Shown piece by piece: positions 13,950 through 27,238 of a stretch of DNA of 64,000 nucleotides; the first letter of the stretch is position 1; the number at the start of each line of letters is the position of its first letter. The translations under genes were made by a program, and so were the position numbers. The DNA comes from Eledone cirrhosa (taxonomy: Eukaryota), in the NCBI GenBank assembly GCA_964016885.1, contig OZ024749.1:43710001-43774000 (forward strand), in the 5' to 3' direction. A model generated the notes under the pieces. The model saw only the letters and a list, made by a program, of their open reading frames with translations. It made no database searches and was not told where the DNA came from.

Positions 13950-16050
13950 GCGAACACAGTGCTGATCCAGCCCTCTCTTAAGTGCAGTTCCTGAGTAAAT
14001 AAATATTGGGTTGTAACATAAATTCCCGCCGTTGTTATAAAACTTCTTAATAAAAAAGGGCGGGAATTTGTGTTACAATCCAATATAAAAAATAAAAAAG
14101 CCAACACAGTGCTGGTCCAGCCCTGTCTTAAGTGCAGTTCCTGAGTAAATAAATTTTTTAAAAAGCCAACCCACAGTGCTGGTCCATCCCTGCCTTAAGT
14201 GCAGTTCCTGAGTAAATTTCTTTTTTTAAAAGCCAACACAGTGCTGGTCCATCCCTGTCTTAAGTGCAGTTCTTGGGTAAATAAATATTTAAAAAAGCCA
14301 ACACAGTGCTGGTCCATCCCTGTCTGAAGTGCAGTTCTTGGCTAAATAAATACTTAAAAAAGCCAACACAGTGCTGGTCCATCCCTGTCTTAAGTGCAGT
14401 TCTTGGCTAAATAAATATTTTAAAAAAGCCAACACAGTGCTGGTCCATCCCTGTCTTAGGTGCAGTTCTTGGCTAAATAAATATTTTAAAAAAGCCAACA
14501 CAGTGCTGGTCCATCCCTGTCTTAGGTGCAGTTCTTGGCTAAATAAATATTTTAAAAAAGCCAACACAGTGCTGGTCCATCCCTGTCTTAAGTGCAGTTC
14601 TTGGCTAAATAAATATTTAAAAAAAGCCAACACAGTGCTGGTCCATCCCTGTCTTAAGTGCAGTTCTTGGCTAAATAAATATTTTAAAAAAGCCAACACA
14701 GTGCTGGTCCATCCCTGTCTTAAGTGCAGTTCTTGGCTAAATAAATATTTTTAAAAAGCCAACACAGTGCTGGTCCATCCCTGTCTTAGGTGCAGTTCTT
14801 GGCTAAATAAATATTTTAAAAAAGCCAACACAGTGCTGGTCCATCCCTGTCTTAAGTGCAGTTCTTGGCTAAATAAATATTTAAAAAAAGCCAACACAGT
14901 GCTGGTCCATCCCTGTCTTAGGTGCAGTTCTTGGCTAAATAAATATTTAAAAAAAGCCAACACAGTGCTGGTCCATCCCTGTCTTAAGTGCAGTTCTTGG
15001 CTAAATAAATATTTTTAAAAAGCCAACACAGTGCTGGTCCATCCCTGTCTTAGGTGCAGTTCTTGGCTAAATAAATATTTTAAAAAAGCCAACACAGTGC
15101 TGGTCCATCCCTGTCTTAAGTGCAGTTCTTGGCTAAATAAATATTTAAAAAAAGCCAACACAGTGCTGGTCCATCCCTGTCTTAAGTGCAGTTCTTGGCT
15201 AAATAAATATTTTTAAAAAGCCAACACAGTGCTGGTCCATCCCTGTCTTAGGTGCAGTTCTTGGCTAAATAAATATTTTAAAAAAGCCAACACAGTGCTG
15301 GTCCATCCCTGTCTTAAGTGCAGTTCTTGGCTAAATAAATATTTAAAAAAAGCCAACACAGTGCTGGTCCATCCCTGTCTTAGGTGCAGTTCTTGGCTAA
15401 ATAAATATTTAAAAAAAGCCAACACAGTGCTGGTCCATCCCTGTCTTAAGTGCAGTTCTTGGCTAAATAAATATTTTTAAAAAGCCAACACAGTGCTGGT
15501 CCATCCCTGTCTTAGGTGCAGTTCTTGGCTAAATAAATATTTTAAAAAAGCCAACACAGTGCTGGTCCATCCCTGTCTTAGGTGCAGTTCTTGGCTAAAT
15601 AAATATTTTAAAAAAGCCAACACAGTGCTGGTCCATCCCTGTCTTAAGTGCAGTTCTTGGCTAAATAAATATTTAAAAAAAGCCAACACAGTGCTGGTCC
15701 ATCCCTGTCTTAAGTGCAGTTCTTGGCTAAATAAATATTTTTAAAAAGCCAACACAGTGCTGGTCCATCCCTGTCTTAAGTGCAGTTCTTGGGTAAATAA
15801 ATATTTTTAAAAAACCAACACAGTGCTGGTCCATCCCTGTCTTAGGTGCAGTTCTTGGCTAAATAAATATTTTTAAAAAACCAACACAGTGCTGGTCCAT
15901 CCCTGTCTTAGGTGCAGTTCTTGGGTAAATAAATATTTTAAAAAAACCAACACAGTGCTGGTCCATCCCTTTCTGAAGTGCAGTTCTTGGGTAAATATTT
16001 ATTTAAAAAAAGCCAACACAGTGCTGGTCCATCCCTGTCTTAGGTGCAGT
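13950..16050. repeat. 66-bp tandem satellite, about 30 copies
   Basis: Unit aaaaaagccaacacagtgctggtccatccctgtcttaagtgcagttcttggctaaataaatatttt. The centre is homogeneous, the edges are diverged, and there are no spacers. Confidence 0.97.
14004..14085. mobile_element. ~80-bp mariner-type palindromic MITE inserted in the first satellite unit
   Basis: TA-ttgggttgtaacataaattcccgcc ... ggcgggaatttgtgttacaatccaa-TA: 25-bp TIRs with 2 mismatches and a TA duplication. Confidence 0.85.
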
Positions 16051-16262
16051 GGATTGGCAGAATCGTGAGAGCGTCGGTCAAGATGCTTAGCGGCATTTCT
16101 TTACAGGCTCTTTACAGACTGAGTTCAAATCGCGACCAAAGCTGGCTTTCATCTTTTCGATGTTAATAAACTACAGTACCAGTCAAATATTGGGACCTAT
16201 TTAGTCGACTTTCTCCTAGACCCAAATCGCTGTCTTTCTAAATTAGAAACGATTATTATTAT
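16046..16262 (+). mobile_element. SINE family A (older subfamily)
   Basis: gtggattggcagaatcg head, gagttcaaatcg B-box, degenerate core, (ATT)n tail. Confidence 0.8.
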
Positions 16263-16283
16263 TATTATTACTATTGTATGTAC

Positions 16284-16320
<37 letters not shown>

Positions 16321-16681
16321 GGCGGTGGTGGTGGTGGTGGTGGTGTTTTCATTAGCTGTTGACAAAGTCAGACATATCCCGAGGCTTGCCTGATTCTGTT
16401 TTGAATAAAAGTTGTTTTGAAACATAATTTATACATGCATGTGAGAGTGTGTGTACACGTACAAATATATATTGTATGTGTTTTTATATATATACATATA
16501 TATATTTATTTATACATAGTGTATATACATATACATACATAGTTTATATACAAACATACATACATATATATATATACATATATATATATTTATTTATACA
16601 TAGTGTATATAAATATACATACATAGTGTATATACAAATATATACATAGTGTATATACATAGATATATATACATATATACA

Positions 16682-16756
<75 letters not shown>

Positions 16757-17149
16757 CATACATACATATATATACACCAACAACCCAACAACCACAAACA
16801 ACCTAGCAGACATGCATATTAATGACTATAGTTGAGTTGCTATTCAATCGGTTACAAATCAATGCCATATTTCTGTGTTATATTCCAATCTGTTCGCTGT
16901 TTCCTATGAGGTGACTGTGGGGTGTGACTACGCTTCCGCACCACCTGCGAGAAATAGCAGCTAAATCACCCTCGTGTGACTCCAGCAATTTCTATTCAAA
17001 GAAAGGTCAAATCTCAACCTCACCATAAAACATAAGTTGTAAAAGTTAGACAACTTAAGTATTGTATAACAACCATATCTTATTTTACGAACCGTACTGA
17101 GTTTTGTTTAATTAAATGGTCACAAACACACAATATATATATATATATA

Positions 17150-17338
17150 TTAATTGTTTCTACTTTTGGCACCAGGCCAGCAATTATCCCAGTGCATTAC
17201 TGGTACTTTATTTTATCGACCCCGTAAGGATGAAAGGCAAAGTTAACCTCGGCGGGATTTGAACTCAGAATGGCAAGGGCCGTAACTCTATGCGTCAAAG
17301 CAAGGCGTCCGACCCTCTACCAATACTGCCAATCCACA
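17150..17338 (-). mobile_element. SINE family A, full length
   Basis: Reverse complement of 9683-9874. Confidence 0.9.
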
Positions 17339-17401
17339 TATATTAATGGTCGCTTATATTTATGGTACGTCAAAATTATTTATAAAACTATTTATATATT
17401 G

Positions 17402-17467
17402 TATTTTATCTGACGAAGGCATGCCATATTTTTAATATGGTATCCCTGAAATATGTATAATGAAATA
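17402..17467 (+). ncRNA. Minimal type I hammerhead ribozyme motif (same family as 62519-62790)
   Basis: tattttat-CTGACGA-aggcatgccatatt(ttt)aatatggtatccct-GAAA-t(atgt)a-TA-atgaaata, with an 8-bp stem I. Confidence 0.7.
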
Positions 17468-17608
17468 AATATGGTTTTATAAATATAGTTTCCATTTGTT
17501 TAATATCGTATATATATAGATATATATATACACGCATATACACAAATATATATACATATACATACACACACACACACACGCGCGCGTTTATATATATATA
17601 TATATATA

Positions 17609-17815
<207 letters not shown>

Positions 17816-17870
17816 AAAAAGTATTCAATACTGAAGTGCTGTTTAAATATTCGTTAGCGATCATGAGACA

Positions 17871-17923
17871 AGTGTTGCCTGATGATCCTGCAAGTGCAGG
17901 TGAAACTCCAGAGAAACAATGCT
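17871..17923 (+). ncRNA. Degenerate hammerhead motif (family of 43417-43472)
   Basis: agtgttgc-CTGATGA-t-cctgc(aagt)gcagg-t-GAAA-ctc(ca)gag-AA-acaatgct. The cleavage-site U is replaced by A. Confidence 0.55.
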
Positions 17924-18014
17924 CACTACTTAACCATTTATATATATATATATATATTTCGTTTCTAAATTTGTTTAGCAAGATTCTTTATCTGAAAACG
18001 TGTGTTGAAACCGA

Positions 18015-18290
18015 TATTGTTATACTTTGGGAGGGTCATGTTGCCAATAAGAAACACACGCACCAGTTGTTTCACTTCAATTTATTATAATAAATTTATA
18101 AATTTAGGAATTTATAAATTTCCGGTTGGTTGGTTGGTTCCATAACCAGATGATTGTTTATATATTGTCAAAGTTCTTTCGTCACACATTCTGTGACCTC
18201 TTCAGTGACTGTGGATTCTTTTCTTTGTTTTTGTGCGTCTCCTTATTGTGTTTCTTATTGGCAACATGACCCTCCCAAAGTATAACAATA
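18015..18290 (-). mobile_element. Hammerhead-bearing Penelope-like element end with ~43-bp perfect inverted termini
   Basis: tattgttatactttgggagggtcatgttgccaataagaaacac and its exact reverse complement bound the element. The hammerhead gtca-CTGAAGA-g-gtcaca(gaatg)tgtgac-GAAA-g(aa)c-TT-tgac lies at 18167-18209 (-). The element abuts (TA)n. Confidence 0.7.
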
Positions 18291-18343
18291 TATATATATA
18301 TATATACATATATACATATATATATATATACATATATATATAC

Positions 18344-18418
<75 letters not shown>

Positions 18419-18938
18419 CAAGAAATCTACACATCGACGAGAAAACAGAAAACAGAAAATCTGAATCGGACGAATTCAAGCACTGATACAAGATCACACG
18501 TTTGTTGAGAGAGGGGAGTTAACCATGTATATATAGACTTGGGGTTATCAAGGGGGGCAATTTGACTTGAGTCTCTAACTACCTCTGGACTAAAGGGGAA
18601 TTTGGTTAAATATGGAGATAACATTGCTATGGTGGTTTGTGTATCAACTTTTTTTTCATTAGTGTAGTTGAAACTAGATTTCTTAAGATAAATTCAATTC
18701 TATCTGATGTTACTATGAAACAACATACATCTTAGGCTTCGCATTTTAGAGAGACTGAACCAACGAACAAAAGAACTAAACCTTTCAATAAGATGGTTCT
18801 TTCAGCTACTGCTAATCACTATATACACACATACATACATACATACATACATACACACATACATACATATATACATATATACATACATACATACATACAT
18901 ACATACATACATACATACATACATACATACATACATAC

Positions 18939-19978
18939 ACCTTCAACAGAGGAAAAAGGTTGGCGACCATCTTGCTCAGGTTTATGAGCATGAAAAAAGA
19001 AATATCATTAGAATAGCGACTGATCTGGAGGAGAGATATGGAATAAAGCCTGATATAAATCTCTCACCCAGAGAAATCGGAAGATCCTATTCAATGTTCA
19101 AACAAGAAAAAAAAATTGACCAATTTACAGAGAAAGTTGTGCATGGATACTTGAGGCGCAAAACACAGACCATAGAGGAGATAAACCACTCAAAAAGCCT
19201 GGCATGGAGTTCCGACAAGTTTATGACATCACACCTTGAGGGATATCTCTATGCAATACAGGAACAAGAACTCCCTACCAAATATCTGCTGCACAAAAGA
19301 GGAGGGCCAGCAGCTGACAATAAATGTAGGCTATGTAAAACAAAGATCGAGGATGTAAGCCACATTGTTGCCAGCTGCGAAAGAATGTCATCTCGCTACT
19401 ACCTCCCCATGAGACACGATGGGATAGCTAGAACTATCTGGAACGCACTTCGGAAAACAAAATTAACAACAAACGAGGAAGAATATATTGAGACAGATGG
19501 CACTAAGGAATACTGGTGGAACCTGAAAATAAAAACTGCCACCAAATTAAAGCACAACCGGCCTGATATTGTAGTTTGGGACCACACATTGAAAACGTGT
19601 TCTGTTGTGGAGATCAGCTGCCCACTTGATGTAAACGTTGTCAGAAAAATACAGGAGAAGGAGGACATCTACGGACCATTGATGAGGAGCTTACAAATCC
19701 AGTATCCAAGATACACCTTTAGCTTCATACCCATCATTATTGGTGCTACGGGTTATATACCTACCCGCTTGGACCAAAGTATGACCGAACTTGGATTTGC
19801 GGACAAAAAGCGCAGCTCCCTAATTCATAGTCTACAAATGGCTGCGATAGCTGGCACCTTCAAAATATGCAAAACATTCTTGCGATTCAAGGGATGACAA
19901 TTTCTTTTCTTTTACAACCTTGCCACCAGGAAGGTGGCCGGTCAAAAAAATATACTCGAAATTAAGAGAAAGAGAAAA
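18939..19978 (+). mobile_element. 5'-truncated RLE-clade (R4/Dong-like) non-LTR retrotransposon inserted in (CATA)n
   Basis: Flanked by (CATA)n at ~18822-18938 and ~19979-20225. It comprises the ORF C-terminus plus an ~80-bp 3' UTR with hairpin gccacc(aggaa)ggtggc. Confidence 0.9.
18941..19897 (+). CDS. C-terminal fragment of non-LTR retrotransposon polyprotein (CCHC zinc knuckle + restriction-like endonuclease)
   Basis: The frame is open from 18941 (LQQRKKVGDH...), upstream of the ATG at 19094. Motifs: EGYLYAIQEQELPT, CRLCKTKIEDVSHIVASC (CCHC), RHD, NRPDIVVWD...VVEISCP...KEDIY (PD-D/E-type RLE). The RT domain is absent because of truncation. Confidence 0.9.
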   Translation, partial: LQQRKKVGDHLAQVYEHEKRNIIRIATDLEERYGIKPDINLSPREIGRSYSMFKQEKKIDQFTEKVVHGYLRRKTQTIEEINHSKSLAWSSDKFMTSHLEGYLYAIQEQELPTKYLLHKRGGPAADNKCRLCKTKIEDVSHIVASCERMSSRYYLPMRHDGIARTIWNALRKTKLTTNEEEYIETDGTKEYWWNLKIKTATKLKHNRPDIVVWDHTLKTCSVVEISCPLDVNVVRKIQEKEDIYGPLMRSLQIQYPRYTFSFIPIIIGATGYIPTRLDQSMTELGFADKKRSSLIHSLQMAAIAGTFKICKTFLRFKG

Positions 19979-20088
19979 CATACATACATACATATATACA
20001 TACATACATATATACATATATACATACATACATATATACATATATACATATATACATACATACATACATACATACATACATACATACA

Positions 20089-20154
<66 letters not shown>

Positions 20155-20196
20155 CATACATACATACATACATACATACATACATACATACATACA

Positions 20197-20233
<37 letters not shown>

Positions 20234-20274
20234 AAATATATAGATATAGATATATATATATATACATATATATT

Positions 20275-20325
<51 letters not shown>

Positions 20326-20639
20326 ATATGTATGTATGTGTATGAGAGTGTATGTATATATGTGCGTTTGCATGTGTATGTATATTTATATGTGTGTATA
20401 TATGTGTATGTGTATATACGCAGATACATACTGTAAACCAATTATTGGTGTGACGTCAAACTATCTAATTGCGATTGCAGTAGATTGGTTTACTTGTTTG
20501 TTTTTTTTTATGTTTTTTTATAAATTGTGTTTATTTTTTTTTTTTTATTTCACTGAGTTATTTGTTCCTTTTTTTTTTTGTTCTTTAAATTCTTCCAACG
20601 CAAAATTCTCCAAACCTTCAGTTTATTTATAACACACGT

Positions 20640-20693
<54 letters not shown>

Positions 20694-20717
20694 ACTATAT
20701 ATATATATGTGTGTATG

Positions 20718-20767
<50 letters not shown>

Positions 20768-20810
20768 TTTATATATATTATATATGTGTGTGTGTATATA
20801 TATAAATATG

Positions 20811-20890
<80 letters not shown>

Positions 20891-20941
20891 ATATATATAA
20901 ATATGTGTGTGTGTATATATATAAATATGTATATATATATA

Positions 20942-21005
<64 letters not shown>

Positions 21006-21122
21006 GGTGTGTGAATGTATATGTATGTTTATGTTGGAGTCTGTGTATGTATGTACAGGTGTGTTCAGTTCTTGTTTGCTATATATGATGTATGTACATA
21101 TATATATATATACATATGTATG

Positions 21123-21153
<31 letters not shown>

Positions 21154-21176
21154 TTATATATATATATATATATACA

Positions 21177-21254
<78 letters not shown>

Positions 21255-21255
21255 C

Positions 21256-21303
<48 letters not shown>

Positions 21304-21304
21304 C

Positions 21305-21352
<48 letters not shown>

Positions 21353-21464
21353 CATTATATATATATATATATATATATAATAGATTTCATATTTTATCTG
21401 ATTCGTGAGCATTCGTTGTTTTCTAACACCCTCACATGAACCACACGTATGTGTACTTACACGC

Positions 21465-22450
21465 TCGTATATATACATACATGTACACACACACACACAT
21501 ATATACATACATGTACACACACACACACATATATACATACATGTACACACACACACATATATACATACATGTACACACACACACACATATATACATACAT
21601 GTACACACACACACATATATACATACATGTACACACACACACACATATATACATACATGTACACACACACACATATATACATACATGTACACACACACAC
21701 ACATATATACATACATGTACACACACACACATATATACATACATGTACACACACACACATATATACATACATGTACACACACACACATATATACATACAT
21801 GTACACACACACACACATATATACATACATGTACACACACACACATATATACATACATGTACACACACACACACATATATACATACATGTACACACACAC
21901 ACATATATACATACATGTACACACACACACACATATATACATACATGTACACACACACACATATATACATACATGTACACACACACACACATATATACAT
22001 ACATGTACACACACATATATACATATATGTACACACACACACATATATACATACATATACACACACACACACACACATATATATATACATGTACACACAC
22101 ACACACATATATACATACATGTACACACACACACACATATATACATACATGTACACACACACATATATACATACATGTACACACACACACACATATATAC
22201 ATACATGTACACACACACATATATACATACATGTACACACACACACACACACATATATACATACATGTACACACACATATATACATATATGTACACACAC
22301 ACACACATATATACATACATGTACACACACATATATATATACATACATGTACACACACACACACATATATACATACATGTACACACACATATATACATAT
22401 ATGTACACACACACACACATATATACATACATGTACACACACACACATAC
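21465..22450. repeat. ~28-30 bp minisatellite (acatacatgtacacacacacacatatat)n, about 33 copies
   Basis: Direct. All six long HT/YI/CV ORFs here are artefacts. Confidence 0.95.
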
Positions 22451-22559
22451 ACGTGCAATCATGCGAGTCGAATCTACTGTACACTGTCCCTGTAATTCAT
22501 CAGATTAACTGCTTCAGGTGTTGGCAGAAATCAATACCTTGCTGTTGTCATTGCCTTCA

Positions 22560-23250
22560 CTGTCACCACCACCATCATCATCTCGTCACCACCACCATCA
22601 TCATCTCGTCACCACCACCATCATCTAGTCACCACCACCATCATCATCTCGTCACCACCATCATCATCTAGTCACCACCACCATCATCATCTCGTCACCA
22701 CCACCATCATCATCATCTCGTCATCACCACCATCATCATCTCAACATCACCACCATCATCATCATCTAGTCACCACCACCATCATCATCATCTCGTCATC
22801 ACCACCACCATCATCATCTCGTCACCACCACCATCATCATCTCGTCATCACCACCATCATCATCATCTCGTCATCACCATCATCATCTCGTCACCACCAC
22901 CATCATCATCTCGTCACCACCACCATCATCATCTCGTCATCACCACCATCATCATCTCGTCATCACCACCACCATCATCTCGTCAACATCACCACCATCA
23001 TCATCACCATCATCACCACCATCATCATCATCTCGTCATCACCACCTCCATCACCATCATCATCTCGTCAACATCACCGCCGTCAGCATCTACATCACCG
23101 TCATCAGTATCACCATCACCAACATCATCATCAACTCTGTCGTCACCGCCACCGTTGTCATCATCGTTATTATCTTCATCTTTAACCTCATCATCATCAT
23201 CGTCATCGGCATCATCGTCATCGTCATCGTCATCATCTTCGTCATCATCA
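22560..23250. repeat. (CAC/CAT)n minisatellite punctuated by ctcgt, grading into (CAT/CGT)n
   Basis: Direct. Confidence 0.9.
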
Positions 23251-23337
23251 GGCATCATACACTATCATCACATACATATACATACATATACATATATATA
23301 TATATATACATACTTATGCATATATACATATACATAT

Positions 23338-23404
<67 letters not shown>

Positions 23405-23407
23405 TAT

Positions 23408-23454
<47 letters not shown>

Positions 23455-23465
23455 ACTAAGCTTCC

Positions 23466-23592
<127 letters not shown>

Positions 23593-23603
23593 ACTAAGCT
23601 TCC

Positions 23604-23655
<52 letters not shown>

Positions 23656-23927
23656 TGTATATATATATACATACATATTATATACATCATATTATTTTAT
23701 TCTATTATTACCTGTACAACAGGTGTGGTATATATCACCCTCCAACAACACAGTTGTTCTGACAAGGTTTACACATCCTAGGCTTTGTTTCGTCTGTAAT
23801 GGGGGGGGGCTCTTTATTTTTTTACTATCTCTTATATGTTTGCATGTGTCATTTTTTTAAAGTTCGTTTTATATTTTTGCTTTTAATAATATTAACAAAC
23901 GCCCTTTATACCTACATACATAGAACA

Positions 23928-23994
<67 letters not shown>

Positions 23995-24022
23995 AATGTG
24001 TCTATATATATATATATACAAA

Positions 24023-24056
<34 letters not shown>

Positions 24057-24141
24057 CACGCATACATATACATACATTTATATATTACATTGTGTGCGAG
24101 CACGCTTTTACATAATTACACGCACATATGCACATTTATCC

Positions 24142-24189
<48 letters not shown>

Positions 24190-24549
24190 TATGTGTGTGT
24201 ATGTGTGTGTATGTGTGTAATATGCGTGTGTGTGAGTGTGTTGTAAAGAGTGCGCATATATATGTACATACATCATTATACATTTATATACATATATATA
24301 TACACATGCATATACATATATATATATATATATATACATACACATGCACATACATATACATATATACACATGCATATACATATATATATACATACACATG
24401 CATATACATATATATATACATACACATGCATATACATATATATATATTTATATATATGTACACATGCATATATATACATATACATATATATATATATATA
24501 TATATACATACATACATACATACATACATACATACATACATACATACAT

Positions 24550-24580
<31 letters not shown>

Positions 24581-24961
24581 TAATACAAACGCGTGCTTTC
24601 CACACACAAGCAATCAGACAGTGCAGACAATTTATCCAGTTCACCTCTGTAAACGATGTTACATCAGAGATATTCAAGAGACCAACCAACTGTGTTCTAC
24701 TGTATTATCCTGTCTATAAACTATAAAGAGATGAATCCATTGTTTTCTGTGAGTCGCCATCATTGCAAATGTCTACGTTTGATGATCGTCTGCTTTCGCT
24801 ATATGCATTAGTTTGATATTAAAAACATCGATTATTTCATTTTTTTTGTTGTTGTCTTTGTTGTTGTTGTTGTTGTTATTGCAGTTGTAAGTTTTACTAC
24901 ATTGATAAAGTTTTTTTGTCAAAGAAAGAACGAATAAAAGCTTCTCTTTTATTATTGCTAA

Positions 24962-25612
24962 TAATAATTGTTTCTACTTTTGGCACAATGCCAGCAATTA
25001 CGCAGTACATTACTGGTACTTTATTTTATCGACCCCATAAGGATGAAAGGCAAAGTTAACCTCGGCGGGATTTGAACTCAGACCGTAAAGAGACGTATCT
25101 GGTAGTATTAGTAGAGGGTCGGGCGCCATGCTTTCCAGCATAGAGTTACGTACCTTTACGGTTTGAGATCAAATCCCACCGAGGTTAACTTTGCCTTTCA
25201 TCGGACACCCTGTTTCGCAGCATAGAGTTACGTCCCTTTATGTTCTGAGTTCAAATCCCGCCGAGGTTAACTTTGCCTTTCATCGGACACCCTGTTTCGC
25301 AGCATAGAGTTACGTCCCTTTATGTTCTGAGTTCAAATCCCGCCGAGGTTAACTTTGCCTTTCATCGGACACCCTGTTTCGCAGCATAGAGTTACGTCCC
25401 TTTATGTTCTGAGTTCAAATCCCACCGAGGTTAACTTTGCCTTTCATCGGACACCCTGTTTCGCAGCATAGAGTTACGTCCCTTTATGTTCTGAGTTCAA
25501 ATCCCGCCGAGGTTAACTTTGCCTTTCATCCTTATGGGTTCGATGAAATAAAGTACCAGTAATACACTGGCATAATTGCTGGCCTTGTGCCAAAAGTAGA
25601 AACAATTATTAT
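24962..25612. mobile_element. Head-to-head SINE A pair; plus copy contains an 82-bp internal tandem array
   Basis: Minus copy ~24962-25098, plus copy ~25100-25612. The unit gcagcatagagttacg...gcctttcatcggacaccctgtttc starts at 25217, 25299, 25381 and 25463. Confidence 0.9.
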
Positions 25613-26184
25613 TGGGTTCGTTGACGAGCGCTGTGGATTGGCAGTACTTGTAGAGCGTCTGACAACATCGCCTTGCAGAATATAGTTACAGTCATTTACG
25701 TTCTGGGTTCAAATCCTGTCGAGGTTAGCTTTGTTTTTCATCCGTTCTAGATAAAGTACCACCCCATGGAGGTTGATTTGTGTTATGTCAGAACATTGAA
25801 AGAGTAACCTTGCTGTGTTAGGTTTATCTGAGAGTGTTCTATGTCCAAATCTCGCCTGCCACTGTAAAGACCCGGCAAAAAAATCAAATGAATTGTGATC
25901 GGTTTTGGAAGTTCTCAAGCAAGTGCAGAATTATAACTGATCACACTCAAACCAAACCCCGGCAAGAGAAAACAAGAGGACTTTCAAGTCAAGTCTTATA
26001 CAATTTCTCTCTCTCTCTTTCTCTCTCCCACTCTCTCTCTCTCTTTCTCTCGCCCTCTCTCTCTCTCTCTCCCTTTCTCTCTATACAAATTAATGTTTTA
26101 TGTATTTCCATACAAAATTTATAGACAGCCAAAACAAAACGGACACTGAATATATTGTGGCTCAGAACAGGGCGAGATCTATTA

Positions 26185-26645
26185 TGATGGTGATAATGGT
26201 AGTGTTGGTGGTGGTGGTGGTGGTGGTGGTGTTGGTGGTGGTGGTGGTGGTGTTGGTAGTGGTGGTGGTGGTTGTAGTGGTGTTGGTGGTGGTGGTGGTG
26301 TTGGTAGTGGTGGTGGTTGTGGTGGTGATGGTGGTAGTGTTGGTGGTTGTAGTGGTGGTGGTTGTGGTGGTGATGGTGGTAGTGTTGGTGGTGGTGGTGG
26401 TGGTGTTGGTGGTTGTAGCGGTGGTGGTGGTAGTGTTGGTGGTGGTGGTGGTGGTGGTGTTGGTAGTGGTGGTGGTGGTGGTGGTGTTGGTGTTGGTGGT
26501 TGTAGTGGTGGTGGTGGTGGTAGTTTTGGTGGTGGTGGTGGTGGTGTTGGTGGTGGTGTTGGTGGTTGTAGTGGTGGTGGTGGTAGTGTTGGTGGTGGTA
26601 GTGTTGGTGGTGGTGGTGGTGGTAGTGTTGGTGGTGGTGGTGGCT
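26185..26645. repeat. (GGT/GTT/AGT)n compound trinucleotide repeat
   Basis: Direct. The poly-H, poly-V and poly-T ORFs are artefacts. Confidence 0.9.
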
Positions 26646-26826
26646 GTCTTCATTATAGTTATTACAATACTGATAATATGTGACGTAAATGGTCATGATC
26701 AGAATGGTGATGAAGACGATGATGATGATGATTTGACGTTAGCGATTATGATGATGATGCTGATGATGATGATGTTGATGTTAATGATATAAGATAATGA
26801 TAGATTACGTTGATGAGTATAATTAC

Positions 26827-26862
<36 letters not shown>

Positions 26863-27238
26863 GACCAACATAAATATACGAGTCAATAGAAAATATAAAG
26901 TCTCCAGTTGGCTCAGAGACGAAAACACCACGAGTAGCAGAATACAAATCGATCTAATATACCTATTGATCTCTCCCCCACCCCATCAGGTACATTTCTA
27001 TCAATAATGCATTTATTAGAAGAAAACACCATTAAATATCTATTAATTATTATAATATATTGTCAAGACAATGTCCCATTTCCCAGATTACAGGTTATTG
27101 TTTCACAATGATCACTATTGATTTCAGAGGCGTGGTCTAACAAACACTATTTACTATCATACTAAATGGCTGTCAGTACTTAGCTTTGTTTTTATTATTT
27201 ACTAGTAAGTTCAGGTTGTCATACATACATACATACAT

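Noticed and set aside
13950-16050. CRISPR array, or repeat protein from the MLAFLKYLFSQELH / MLVHPCLKC ORFs
   Set aside because: Units are contiguous with no unique spacers, there are no cas genes, and the context is eukaryotic. The ORFs arise only because 66 is divisible by 3 and are broken by stop-containing variants.
21293-22671. 330-410 aa ORFs in all six frames
   Set aside because: Translations of a CA/TA minisatellite that lacks stop codons.
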